A stretch of 64,000 nucleotides of DNA from Candidatus Dormiibacterota bacterium (GCA_003162415.1 PMOL01000011.1:408853-472852), one strand, 5' to 3'; counted from the stretch's first letter, positions 35,032-44,137 are shown. Translations and numbers: made by a program. The notes: generated by a model from the sequence alone, not told the origin.

Positions 35032-35499
35032 TCAACGCCGCGACTCCTCCACCGCGCGCCGGATCTGGTCGGCGTGGTCATGGCAATGTGCGGCATAGAT
35101 CTCCAACCAGTCGTCGACCGAGTACGGACCGCTTTCGCTGTGCGTTCCAGTCCGGCTCCAATCGTCCTCAGTCAGGAAGTTCAGGATCGACGCCGACGTC
35201 TCGCGTGCCGCGCGCACGGCGACCAGAGATTGGCCGATTGGTCGCTGGCGGTAGTGAAGCCGGCGCGAGAACTCCATCTCGTCGTATCCCTGGATTTGAG
35301 CGTCCTTTTCGGACAGCAGCTTTCGGAGGCGGATAGCTGAGGTCAACTCGCTATCCGCTGTGTGATGGACGACCTCGCGCGGGGACCATCCTCCGTCTCG
35401 CGGCAGGTAATCGAGCTCCGCGTCGGAGAGCCCACGGGCGGCCGCCTCGAGCTGGTCAGCGCACTCGCGATAGCGCTTCAGGAGAGCGTCTCGATCCAT
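35032..35499 (-). CDS. DinB-family protein
   Basis: WSPREVVHHTADSE and HCHDHADQI metal-binding His pattern. Confidence 0.85.
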   Translation of the reverse strand: MDRDALLKRYRECADQLEAAARGLSDAELDYLPRDGGWSPREVVHHTADSELTSAIRLRKLLSEKDAQIQGYDEMEFSRRLHYRQRPIGQSLVAVRAARETSASILNFLTEDDWSRTGTHSESGPYSVDDWLEIYAAHCHDHADQIRRAVEESRR

Positions 35500-35543
35500 G
35501 ACCAGACGTAGGGTAGCGAGACGGCCGCCGTGAGGAGGAGCGG

Positions 35544-35921
35544 TCAGTCGCGCTGCACCATGCGGAACTGGTTTCCGTCCGGGTCACGGAACGTGAACAT
35601 CGGCGGCACGTAGTCCCCCATGCGAATCACCTCGGCATCTGCATCGACGCCGCGAGCAACCAGGGTCGCATGGTCATCGTCGGCGTTCTCGGTCGCCAGG
35701 CTCACCACGACGCCCGGCGTCGCCGCCTCGGGAGCCTCGACGAGGGCGATCGTCGTGGCCGCCCCAACCGGTGCCACCTCGATCCAGCGACCGCCGGCGA
35801 ACGGCGCATCCATGCGCTTCTCGAATCCGAGCGTCTCGACGTAGAAGGAGAGCGCTCGCTCCTGGTCCTTGACCGGAACGATCACGGAGCCGATCCGGGT
35901 GACGCGTGGGCTGTTTGTCAT
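35544..35921 (-). CDS. VOC/glyoxalase-family protein
   Basis: IVPVKDQERALSFYVETLGFE, RWIEVAP, FTFRDPDGNQF; GGAGG SD. Confidence 0.88.
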   Translation of the reverse strand: MTNSPRVTRIGSVIVPVKDQERALSFYVETLGFEKRMDAPFAGGRWIEVAPVGAATTIALVEAPEAATPGVVVSLATENADDDHATLVARGVDADAEVIRMGDYVPPMFTFRDPDGNQFRMVQRD

Positions 35922-35983
35922 CACGATCCTCCTTGCGGGATAGTGGTCGGGTGCGGCGTCTCGGCGGACGCTCTCACAGAACA

Positions 35984-36011
35984 TGTCGAAGTCGGCCGGC
36001 CGGAATCGACA
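35984..36011. promoter_or_regulatory. Palindromic bidirectional ECF42-type promoter (TGTCGA-N17-CGAC on both strands)
   Basis: TGTCGAAGTCGGCCGGCCGGAATCGACA reads TGTCGA-N17-CGAC on each strand; lies between the divergent VOC and yciI-ECF genes. Confidence 0.65.
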
Positions 36012-36056
36012 TCCCGGTGAGACCAATTTCCCGCACATCGCGGAGGAGGACACCGA

Positions 36057-36428
36057 ATGAAGTACCTGATCCTGATCTACAGCAACCCGCAGTCGAGGGA
36101 GATCTGGAACAGCTTCTCGCGCGACCAGCGCGCCGCGGGGCTGCGCGACTATGCGGCGCTCCACGAAAGCATGGTTGCCTCGGGCGAGCTGATCGTCTCG
36201 GAGGCACTCGCCGATCCGTCGCTCGCCAAGCGGGTGACCTCGCACGAGGGCCAGGCGCTGGTCACCGACGGTCCCTATGCAGAGGTGAAGGAGTACCTGG
36301 CCGGCTTCTTCCTTCTTGAGTGCCCCAGCATGGAGCGGGCCATCGAGCAAGCCGCGCGGATTCCCGAGGCAGCGTTCGGGTTGGTTGAGGTACGCGCCAT
36401 CATGGCCCTGGACGGGTGGGACATCTGA
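36057..36428 (+). CDS. YciI/DGPF-family protein
   Basis: MKYLILIY, VTDGPYAEVKEYLAGFFLLEC, VEVRAI; GGAGGA SD. Confidence 0.9.
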   Translation: MKYLILIYSNPQSREIWNSFSRDQRAAGLRDYAALHESMVASGELIVSEALADPSLAKRVTSHEGQALVTDGPYAEVKEYLAGFFLLECPSMERAIEQAARIPEAAFGLVEVRAIMALDGWDI

Positions 36429-37657
36429 GCGCTCCCAACGACATCGAGGACCTGTTGCGGACCCTGTCACCGCAGGTTCTCGGGGCCCTGGTGCGACGCT
36501 TCGACGACTTCGACATCTGCGAGGACGCGGTGCAGGAGGCGCTGCTCGCGGCCGCGACGCAGTGGCCGCGGGAGGGCGTGCCGGCCAACCCGCGAGGGTG
36601 GTTGACGGTTGTCGCATCTCGGCGGCGCACGGAGATGTGGCGGAGCGAATCGGCGCGGCGTCGACGCGAGGAGGCCGCGTTCGCCTCAGCGCCGGCGGAC
36701 ATCGAGCTGGGTGCTGTGTTGGACGACTCGCTCGAGTTGCTCCTGCTCTGCTGCCATCCCTCCTTGACACCCGTATCGCAGGTCGCACTGACCCTGCGGG
36801 CAGTGGGCGGCCTGACCACTGCCGAGATCGCGAGAGCGCTGCTGGTCCCAGAGGCGACCGTCGCCCAGCGCATCAGCCGCGCCAAGCAGCGGATCAAAGC
36901 CAGCGGAGCGCGGTTCCGCCTGCCACCCGAGGCAGAACGCTCGGAATGCCTTGCAGCAGTGCTCCATGTGCTCTACCTCGTCTTCAACGAGGGCTCCACG
37001 GCGAGCTCGGGTGCCACCCTGCACCGGGTCGATCTCATCGCCGAGGCGATCCGCCTCATGCGTCAGCTGCACGACCGGCTTCCGGAGGACGGCGAGGTCA
37101 GCGGTCTGCTCGCGCTGATGCTGCTCACCGACGCTCGGCGCCCCGCGCGCGTCAGCGACGATGGAGCGCTCGTGCCCCTTGCCGAGCAGGACCGCGGCCT
37201 CTGGGACGCTCAGACGATCGCCGAAGGGGCGGCGCTGATCACGCACACCCTTGCGACGGCCCCAGTCGGGCCGTATCAGCTGCAGGCCGCCCTCGCAGCG
37301 GTACATGACGAGGCACCACGTGCGGAGGACACGGACTGGCAGCAGATCCTTGGTCTCTACGAGCTGGTGCGCACCATAGCGCCGGGTCCGATGGTCACCC
37401 TCAACCGAATCGTCGCGGTCGCAATGGTCCGTGGACCGGACGCCGGTCTCCGCGAGCTCGCCACGGCCGAGCGCGATCCGGCGCTCACCGGCAACCACCG
37501 CGTCGATGCGGTTCGTGCTCATCTGCTCGAGATGTCGGGCGACCTGCCAGCGGCCCGCGATCACTACCGTCTTGCCGCTCAACGGACCCTCAGCATCCCC
37601 GAGCAGCGATACCTCGCGGCGCGCGCCACGCGTCTCGCTCCGGACGATCACGCGTAG
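36416..37657 (+). CDS. ECF42-type sigma factor with long C-terminal (DUF6596/TPR-like) extension
   Basis: EDAVQEALLAA...WP...GVPANPRGWL, LLLLCCHPSL...VALTLR...GGLTTAEIARALLV, LYLVFNEG, GPYQLQAA...H...TDWQQILGLY; linked to a DGPF protein. Confidence 0.88.
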   Translation: MGHLSAPNDIEDLLRTLSPQVLGALVRRFDDFDICEDAVQEALLAAATQWPREGVPANPRGWLTVVASRRRTEMWRSESARRRREEAAFASAPADIELGAVLDDSLELLLLCCHPSLTPVSQVALTLRAVGGLTTAEIARALLVPEATVAQRISRAKQRIKASGARFRLPPEAERSECLAAVLHVLYLVFNEGSTASSGATLHRVDLIAEAIRLMRQLHDRLPEDGEVSGLLALMLLTDARRPARVSDDGALVPLAEQDRGLWDAQTIAEGAALITHTLATAPVGPYQLQAALAAVHDEAPRAEDTDWQQILGLYELVRTIAPGPMVTLNRIVAVAMVRGPDAGLRELATAERDPALTGNHRVDAVRAHLLEMSGDLPAARDHYRLAAQRTLSIPEQRYLAARATRLAPDDHA

Positions 37658-37673
37658 GCGCATCGTCGGACCC

Positions 37674-37700
37674 TGTCGATATCCGTGGTCGCTGTTCGTC
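37674..37700 (+). promoter_or_regulatory. Second ECF42-type promoter TGTCGA-N17-CGTC
   Basis: TGTCGA 37674-37679 and CGTC 37697-37700, same spacing as the 35984 element, upstream of the gene starting at 37736. Confidence 0.6.
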
Positions 37701-37735
37701 GTGTGAGTAGGTCCACAGACAACAGGAGAACGGAA

Positions 37736-38428
37736 ATGACCGACACGACATATCCCGCCGACGCCGGCGCCGCGACGTATCTGCTCACGGTGCGCGGCAC
37801 GACAGTGCCGTCCACGCTCGACGAGACACGGGACATTCACAACTTGACAGCTGGGGCGCCACAGAGTGCCGCAGGCGCTCGTTCGCTCGGGGATCTGAGT
37901 CACAACGTGTACGCACCGATCGGCAAGGACCGCGACGGTCAGTTGCTGTTCATCGACCTCTGGAACAGCGTCTCGGGCCTGGGCACCTTCTTCGCCAACC
38001 CGCAGGTGCAGGCGGCGGCCGGCGAACTGTTCGCACAGCGAGACGGCATCGTGTGGGCGGCCCTCGACGCCTTCGGTGCCTTTCACCTGGCGCTCCCCAA
38101 CGGCCGCTCGATCGGCGCCGTGGGCCTGATTCAGGTGCCGGTCACATCCATCGAGCAGGCGGCCGGTGCTTTCACGGCATACGCATCGGCGACGCTCAAC
38201 CGAGCGCGCAGCTACGGCATCGTGAGTCACAGCATCTGGCTCCGCGTCCCGAATCCGGGCGAAGCGCAAACACAGGAAGTGATCGGCGTCGATTTCTGGA
38301 TGGACGCCGACCGCATGAACGAGTACTACGAGCTCTCACTGGGCTTCGAGCATTTCGGGCCGGTCTTCGCCGGAGCACCCGACACCTCCGTCTGGCAGTC
38401 GGCCCCCGGGAATTGGGTGGAGTGGTAG
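37736..38428 (+). CDS. Hypothetical protein with two tandem alpha-beta-barrel-like halves
   Basis: AGGAG SD; the halves echo each other (SHNVY...LFIDLWNS...FF versus SHSIW...IGVDFWMD...YY). Confidence 0.7.
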   Translation: MTDTTYPADAGAATYLLTVRGTTVPSTLDETRDIHNLTAGAPQSAAGARSLGDLSHNVYAPIGKDRDGQLLFIDLWNSVSGLGTFFANPQVQAAAGELFAQRDGIVWAALDAFGAFHLALPNGRSIGAVGLIQVPVTSIEQAAGAFTAYASATLNRARSYGIVSHSIWLRVPNPGEAQTQEVIGVDFWMDADRMNEYYELSLGFEHFGPVFAGAPDTSVWQSAPGNWVEW

Positions 38429-38441
38429 CGGGCAGTTGACC

Positions 38442-38481
38442 CCCCGGCGTCTCGAGCGGCGATCCGCTCGGGACGCCGGGG
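38442..38481. terminator. 18-bp GC-rich hairpin (terminator-like, no U-tract)
   Basis: CCCCGGCGTCTCGAGCGG-CGAT-CCGCTCGGGACGCCGGGG, one G-U pair, right after the 38428 stop. Confidence 0.5.
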
Positions 38482-38499
38482 TTCGGCGATGATGCATGG

Positions 38500-39654
38500 A
38501 TGACGGTCATCGCATGGATCGGTGGCGCGCTGGGCCTGCTGGTCCTCCTTTCGACGCTGATGAGCGTCGTGACCTCGCTGGTCCTGCCCCGGCTCGGGTC
38601 GTCGAGAATTCAGAAGTACGCGGGTAGAGGCACCATCAAGGTGTTCTCTGAAATCTCTCATCGCTTCGAGACCTACGAGGAGCGCGACCGGTTTCTGGCG
38701 CTCCAGGCGCCGATCTATCTCATCGTCATCCTGGCGATCTGGCTGGCCGCACTCCTCATCGGTTTCGCGCTGATGCTGTGGCCGTTCATGAAGACCGGCG
38801 GGTTCGTCCACGCCCTCACGGTGAGCGGCTCCTCCCTCTTCACCCTCGGGTTCGCCACCGAAGGGGGTGCCGCGCCCCGGCTGCTGGTATTCGCAGCAGC
38901 GGCGGCGGGGCTGTGGATCGTCGCCCTGCAGATCGCCTATCTCCCAGTCCTCTACGGTGCCTTCAACCGCCGAGAGGTGCTGGTCACCATGCTGGACAGC
39001 CGGGCGGGATCACCTGCCTGGGGCCCTGAACTGCTGGCCCGCAGCGAATTGGTCGATAACGTCCAAAACCTGGCGAGCCTCTATCAGCGCTGGGAGGAGT
39101 GGGCTGCGGACGTGGCCGAGACCCATGCTTCCTACCCGGTGCTGCTCTGGTTCCGCTCGCCGCATCCCTACCGGTCGTGGGTCATCGGGCTGCTCGCGGT
39201 GATGGATGCGGCCGCGATGCAACTGGCCACCCAACCGCTGGTGGCGCCGTCCGAGGCTCGCGCCTTCCTTCGCATGGGTTACATGTGCCTGCGGGATCTT
39301 GCGACCGTGATCGGTGTCACCTACGACCCGGACCCGAAACCCGGCGATCCGATTCAGCTGACCGAGGACAACTACAACGACGCCATCCACCACCTCGAGC
39401 ATGTGGGCTGGAAGATGCAGCGCAGCGCCGCCGAATCGTGGGTTCACTTCCGGGGCTGGCGCGTGAACTACGAGTCCCTCGCATACCGCATCGCGGATGC
39501 GGTCAACGCACCGCCGGCACTGTGGGCCGGCCCTCGTAGGAACCTTCCCCCGCGGCTGCAGCCACCCGAGCGCCCGCCCCATCGTGAGCCGTCCGCGGAG
39601 ATGCAGCGGATCCGCAAGCTCACCGAGAAACGTCGATCCGCTCGCGAACCCTGA
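38500..39654 (+). CDS. Potassium-channel-like membrane protein (TM-pore-TM core plus cytoplasmic domain)
   Basis: TM helices flanking SGSSLFTLGFA (degenerate pore loop), QIAYLPVLYGAFNRRE, THASYPVLLWFRS. Confidence 0.68.
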   Translation: MTVIAWIGGALGLLVLLSTLMSVVTSLVLPRLGSSRIQKYAGRGTIKVFSEISHRFETYEERDRFLALQAPIYLIVILAIWLAALLIGFALMLWPFMKTGGFVHALTVSGSSLFTLGFATEGGAAPRLLVFAAAAAGLWIVALQIAYLPVLYGAFNRREVLVTMLDSRAGSPAWGPELLARSELVDNVQNLASLYQRWEEWAADVAETHASYPVLLWFRSPHPYRSWVIGLLAVMDAAAMQLATQPLVAPSEARAFLRMGYMCLRDLATVIGVTYDPDPKPGDPIQLTEDNYNDAIHHLEHVGWKMQRSAAESWVHFRGWRVNYESLAYRIADAVNAPPALWAGPRRNLPPRLQPPERPPHREPSAEMQRIRKLTEKRRSAREP

Positions 39655-39681
39655 GGTAACCGTTCGTTACAGGCTTGCCAT

Positions 39682-40650
39682 ATGCGACGTCACACGATGC
39701 CTAGCATGGATCGACACCGAGTAAAACCGCTCGATCAAACGCAGGTCAAGAAAATGCTCAGGTGGCGAACAGGGACGGCCGAGCAACGATCGGCTCCCAG
39801 TCGGCACGACACCACGCGGCGTCCTGAGACCGTGGCCGGGAATCAGCCGTGCTCGGCACTCCGCTGTTCATCGCTGGCAGGGATGCCCTGCGGCTACGTC
39901 GACCGTCGCGGACGCCGCTGCAAGACAGCCTGGTGCCCCGCTGATCGGAGGGTCGTCGACGGCAAGATCTACTGCGCGCTCCACGCTCATGCCATGCAGG
40001 CACTCGAATGGGAATTCGGCGCCGCGTCACACCCCGATATCGACAGTCGGACCGTACCCGTCTTGCAGTGGATCTCGTCAGCGGCGGCCGACGAGGTGAT
40101 CGCGACGCTGAACGTCTTCTGTGCGCTGAACGGCGAGATGCTCGTGGCCGAGCCGGTCCGCCGGCGCTTCAACCCGGTGTCGCACAGCAGGGTCTGGGAG
40201 AAGCAGTGGAAGACGCTCTCGCCGACGAGCGTGACCATCCGTGTCTCGATCAGCTCCGACGAGGACCGGCCGACCGAGATCCACATCTCGGTGAATGGCC
40301 ACGATGTGAACGTCGTTCCCCCGCCGTTCAACCGTGAGCTGAGCGCTCCCACCGAAGCCGACATGCGCTGGCTCGACCAGGAGGTCCTGTCCCCCATCAG
40401 CGTGGCAGTGGCGCGGTGGATGATGCAGGCGGCGGAGGCCAGGGACCTCGGCTATATCCCGGTCGGGGGCGGCCACGATGACGCCGATGCTCGACTCACG
40501 GCGCGACCGGCGACGCAGAGTTCCCCGGCCGCTCCCGCGTCGAGAAACAGCGTCGACGACGCCGCCCTCGATGAGGTGCGGCGCGCGCACTTCCTCTATG
40601 GACTCGAGGAGATCCAGGCGGTTGCCGATCGCACCGCGCAGAGCGGGTAG
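39682..40650 (+). CDS. Hypothetical protein with N-terminal Cys/His-rich putative zinc-binding domain
   Basis: CSALRC-x7-CGYVDRRGRRC-x4-C-x12-CALH. Start uncertain (39682, 39697 or 39706). Confidence 0.6.
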   Translation: MRRHTMPSMDRHRVKPLDQTQVKKMLRWRTGTAEQRSAPSRHDTTRRPETVAGNQPCSALRCSSLAGMPCGYVDRRGRRCKTAWCPADRRVVDGKIYCALHAHAMQALEWEFGAASHPDIDSRTVPVLQWISSAAADEVIATLNVFCALNGEMLVAEPVRRRFNPVSHSRVWEKQWKTLSPTSVTIRVSISSDEDRPTEIHISVNGHDVNVVPPPFNRELSAPTEADMRWLDQEVLSPISVAVARWMMQAAEARDLGYIPVGGGHDDADARLTARPATQSSPAAPASRNSVDDAALDEVRRAHFLYGLEEIQAVADRTAQSG

Positions 40651-40693
40651 CCGCCTCCTTCACGCGCGACCTTCTCCCGGCTAGGCTCGACAC

Positions 40694-41215
40694 GTGACCG
40701 GTGGACCGCTGACGGAGTTCGACCTTCGCATTGCCTCCTCGACCGATACGGAGCCCAGTGCGAGGATCATCGAGGAGGTTGCCGTCTGGGGGGAATCGAC
40801 GGGAATGCCGAGCTGGACTCCCGGCTCTTTCACCGGCCCGGAGAGCGTCGGCGTCTTACGGCTGCGCGGCGACATCGCGATCGGTGGGCTCTATCTCATC
40901 TGGCGAGATGAGCGCCCGGTAGGGACATTCTCACTGCTCGACAGCGATCCCATGTTCTGGCCCGACGCCGGCGACGCAGCGATGTACCTGCACCGGTTCG
41001 CCATCAGCCGCGCCGCCGCCGGCGCGGGACGTCATGCGGTGGGATGGTGTCTGCGCGAGACACAGCGTCGTGGTCGATCCCACGTCCGGCTCGATTGCCT
41101 CGCGGACAACCCGGGCATCCGCCGGTACTACGAGCGCTTCGGGTTCACCGTCGTGGGCGAGAAGGTGATCAACGGCACTCGGTACAGTCTCTATGAGGTC
41201 CCGGTCACGCCATAG
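40694..41215 (+). CDS. GNAT-family N-acetyltransferase
   Basis: YLHRFAISR, VRLDCLADNPGIRRYYERFGF; TAGGCT box 6 nt before GTG. Confidence 0.85.
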   Translation: MTGGPLTEFDLRIASSTDTEPSARIIEEVAVWGESTGMPSWTPGSFTGPESVGVLRLRGDIAIGGLYLIWRDERPVGTFSLLDSDPMFWPDAGDAAMYLHRFAISRAAAGAGRHAVGWCLRETQRRGRSHVRLDCLADNPGIRRYYERFGFTVVGEKVINGTRYSLYEVPVTP

Positions 41216-41258
41216 CGGTGACGATCACGCGGTCCCGGCGCGAGCGATGATCGCCTCG

Positions 41259-42002
41259 TCAGAATCGGACATTGTCGGCCCAAACTTGCAGAAGGCTGTC
41301 GTCGCCGGACACGACGATTCCATCGGTCCCGCGCCGGTTCATCGACCAGAGGTACAGGTCCGATGCGGTGCCATGCAGCTCACAATGGCCACGGCCACGG
41401 TCGCTGGTGACCTCGACCTTCTCGCCGATGATCAGGCTCCAGGTGCTGACGGCATCCGTGGCGACGAGGCGGAGGATGCGGCCGCCGCCGTCGGGAGCCC
41501 GTGCTCGCCGCACAGCGAGGCCGAACCACTCGTCGATGGCATCGACCGCATCGGCAGTACTGAGTGGCGTGATCGAGCCGTGTGCAGACTCGGCGTCGCA
41601 CCGGTGCACGGCGGTCTCGTTGGCCTGCCGGCGTGCCCAGAAGGCAAGCGCGTTGGGTGCCGGCCCCCAGAACCAGAAGGTGTCATCGAGAGAAGCCGCC
41701 TGCAGCGTCTCGATGAGTGCCGCACAACCATCCCGATACCACTCGAGCAGCGCATCACGCCCCCCCGGACCCTCGAAATCACGCTGGAGCCGCTCTGGGC
41801 GCCGCTCTCGGACAATCGTCGTCGCCCACCGATGAACCTCGCCGAGGTGCCGGAGCAGCATGTCGGCGTCCCAGCCTGGGCACCCGGGCACGGGTGCATC
41901 GAGGGGCCCAGACTCCGCGGCCTGTGCAAGCGCCTCGCCCTCGGCGCGAATCCGCTCGACCTGACTGTCGATGTCCATGACGCGGAGTCTCGCATCAGCC
42001 AC
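41259..42002 (-). CDS. Mycothiol-dependent maleylpyruvate isomerase-family (MDMPI/DinB-like) protein
   Basis: VPGCPGW...LLRHLGEVHRWA, FWARRQANETAVHRCDAE, GTASDLYLW. Confidence 0.86.
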   Translation of the reverse strand: MADARLRVMDIDSQVERIRAEGEALAQAAESGPLDAPVPGCPGWDADMLLRHLGEVHRWATTIVRERRPERLQRDFEGPGGRDALLEWYRDGCAALIETLQAASLDDTFWFWGPAPNALAFWARRQANETAVHRCDAESAHGSITPLSTADAVDAIDEWFGLAVRRARAPDGGGRILRLVATDAVSTWSLIIGEKVEVTSDRGRGHCELHGTASDLYLWSMNRRGTDGIVVSGDDSLLQVWADNVRF

Positions 42003-42071
42003 CCACGGTCAGATGATCGGGCCGCCTGACGGGACCCGAGGTCGTCCCGAGCGGGCCACCTTTCCCCAGAG

Positions 42072-42137
42072 GGGTGTGGATAAGTGGCGAGATCGTCGCT
42101 CCACTCAGAGACGCGGCCCTCGTCAGGGTGTGGATAA
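42072..42137. repeat. Two direct copies of GGGTGTGGATAA, each containing a perfect DnaA box (TGTGGATAA)
   Basis: Copies at 42072-42083 and 42126-42137, 54 bp apart, in the intergenic region between malic enzyme and MDMPI. Confidence 0.6.
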
Positions 42138-42150
42138 CTTCCCCGGTCGA

Positions 42151-43620
42151 TCAGGTCGCGAGTTCGCGACTCGAACGGTCCACGTGAAGGGGATCGATCA
42201 GGTCGGAGTACTCACGAGCAAGTCCGCTGCTCCGTGCCTCGGTACTCACCGCCGCGGCCACCGCTGGAGCCACGTCCCGGTTGAAGACCGACGGGATGAT
42301 GTATTCCGGATTGAGGCCGTCACCGACCTCGCCGGCGATGGCGTGCGCCGCGGCGAGCTTCATGCCGTCGGTGATCTGCGCGGCGCCGCTGTCGAGCAGG
42401 CCGCGGAAGAATCCGGGGAAGCAGAGGACGTTGTTGATCTGGTTCGGGTAGTCGCTCCTGCCGGTCGCAATCACGGCGGCCACCCCCTCGATTGCCTCGG
42501 GCTGCACTTCGGGTTCCGGGTTCGCGAGCGCGAACACCACGGGATTCGGGGCCATCAGGCGCACGAGCTCGGCGTCGAGCGCGCCGCCGACACTCGTGCC
42601 GATGAAGACGTCCGCTCCGGCCATCGCCTCACGGAGGCCGCCGGTGACCCGCAGTCGATTGGTCGCAGCGGCGTAGATCACCTGCGTCGGGCTGAGGTCG
42701 GATCCACCCTCGCTGATGATCCCTGCTCGATCGACGCCGATCACGCTCCCGGCACCGGCCGCGAGGAGCAGGCGGGTGACCGCCGTGCCCGCGGCTCCGA
42801 CACCGAGGCAGACCACCCGGACATCCTGGATGCGCTTGCCGACGATCTTGAGCGCATTGATGAGCGCGGCCGTGACCACGATCGCGGTGCCGTGCTGGTC
42901 GTCGTGGAACACGGGAATGTCGAGCAGTCCGGTGAGGCGCCGTTCGACCTCGAAGCATCGGGGCGCCGCGATGTCCTCGAGGTTGATGCCGCCGAAGATC
43001 GGCGCGATGTTCACGACCGTTTCGACGATTTCGTCGACATCCTGCGTGGCCAGGCAGATCGGGAAGGCATCGACGCTGCCGAACTCCTTGAAGAGCATCG
43101 ACTTTCCCTCCATGACCGGGATCGCAGCCTCAGGCCCGATGTTGCCGAGACCAAGCACCGCGCTGCCGTCGGTGACGATGGCAACCGCGTTGCGCTTGAT
43201 GGTGAGGTTGCGCACCCGGCGCGGATCCTCGGCGATGGCCATGCAGATCCTCGCCACCCCAGGCGTGTACACCATCGACAGGTCATCGCGCGTCCGGATC
43301 GCATGTCGCGGCGTCACCTCGATCTTGCCGCCGAGGTGCGCCAGAAACGTGCGATCCGAGTATTCGAGCACCTCGACGCCGGGCACGCTCGACATCCGCT
43401 GGATGAGCTTCTGGGCGTGGTCGGCGTCGGCGGCGAGCACGGTGATGTCACGGACGATCCCGTTGCCCTCGACACGAACGATGTCGAGCGCGCGGATGTC
43501 GCCGCCGAGGCTGCCGATCGCCGAGGTGAGCTGGCCCAACATCCCCGGCCGGTTCACGATGCGGCAGCGCGCGGTGAAGGCGAAGCTCGCGGACGGATGC
43601 TGGATCACGGCGCGGCCCAT
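42151..43620 (-). CDS. NAD(P)-dependent malic enzyme with N-terminal ACT domain
   Basis: ACT-like NRPGMLGQL, YTPGVA, VTDGSAVLGLGNIG, PVMEGK, NLEDIAAP, FHDDQHGTA, TGRSDYPNQINN. Confidence 0.94.
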   Translation of the reverse strand: MGRAVIQHPSASFAFTARCRIVNRPGMLGQLTSAIGSLGGDIRALDIVRVEGNGIVRDITVLAADADHAQKLIQRMSSVPGVEVLEYSDRTFLAHLGGKIEVTPRHAIRTRDDLSMVYTPGVARICMAIAEDPRRVRNLTIKRNAVAIVTDGSAVLGLGNIGPEAAIPVMEGKSMLFKEFGSVDAFPICLATQDVDEIVETVVNIAPIFGGINLEDIAAPRCFEVERRLTGLLDIPVFHDDQHGTAIVVTAALINALKIVGKRIQDVRVVCLGVGAAGTAVTRLLLAAGAGSVIGVDRAGIISEGGSDLSPTQVIYAAATNRLRVTGGLREAMAGADVFIGTSVGGALDAELVRLMAPNPVVFALANPEPEVQPEAIEGVAAVIATGRSDYPNQINNVLCFPGFFRGLLDSGAAQITDGMKLAAAHAIAGEVGDGLNPEYIIPSVFNRDVAPAVAAAVSTEARSSGLAREYSDLIDPLHVDRSSRELAT

Positions 43621-43660
43621 CTTGACGCGAGGGGCCGCCCGTTCAGCGTGTCGCGATCGC

Positions 43661-44011
43661 TCAGCCCTTGGTCAAACCGACGATGTTGCCCGCCGGGTCG
43701 GAGAACAGCGCCAGCCATGGGCCGCCGGGAATCTCGGTCGGGGGCATGAGCACGGTGCCTCCCATCGCAACCGCCTTGTCGAGGGTCGCCTGGAGGTCCG
43801 GAACCTGCGCGTAGACCGACGAGCGCGGCTGGCCGTCGTCCGACTGACCGATGCCCCCTGGGATGCCGCTCGAGCCTTCCTCGATGAGCCCGTAGTTGCC
43901 CATGTCGAGCATCAGCTCACCAATCTTCCAGTCGAACAGCTGCATGTAGAAGTCCCTGAGTTTGGCGGCGTCCTTGCCGATGAGCTCGAAGTGAACGATC
44001 GGGCTTCCCAT
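43661..44011 (-). CDS. VOC-family protein
   Basis: MGSPIVHFELIG...FYMQLFDW, GGTVLMPPTEIPG...ALFSDPAGNIVGL. Confidence 0.88.
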   Translation of the reverse strand: MGSPIVHFELIGKDAAKLRDFYMQLFDWKIGELMLDMGNYGLIEEGSSGIPGGIGQSDDGQPRSSVYAQVPDLQATLDKAVAMGGTVLMPPTEIPGGPWLALFSDPAGNIVGLTKG

Positions 44012-44137
44012 GATTGGTTGCCTCCCGCACCGGCGCCTCGATCGTCTCGCGAAGCCGCCTGTTTTGACGAGAGACTTATACCCCGATCCGTCGCGACGGC
44101 GTCGGAGCGTGGCCGTCCGCCGGCAGGGCTGGCAAAT

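Noticed and set aside
42072-42137. Replication origin
   Set aside because: Only two DnaA boxes, no AT-rich unwinding element, and no dnaA, dnaN or rpmH nearby.
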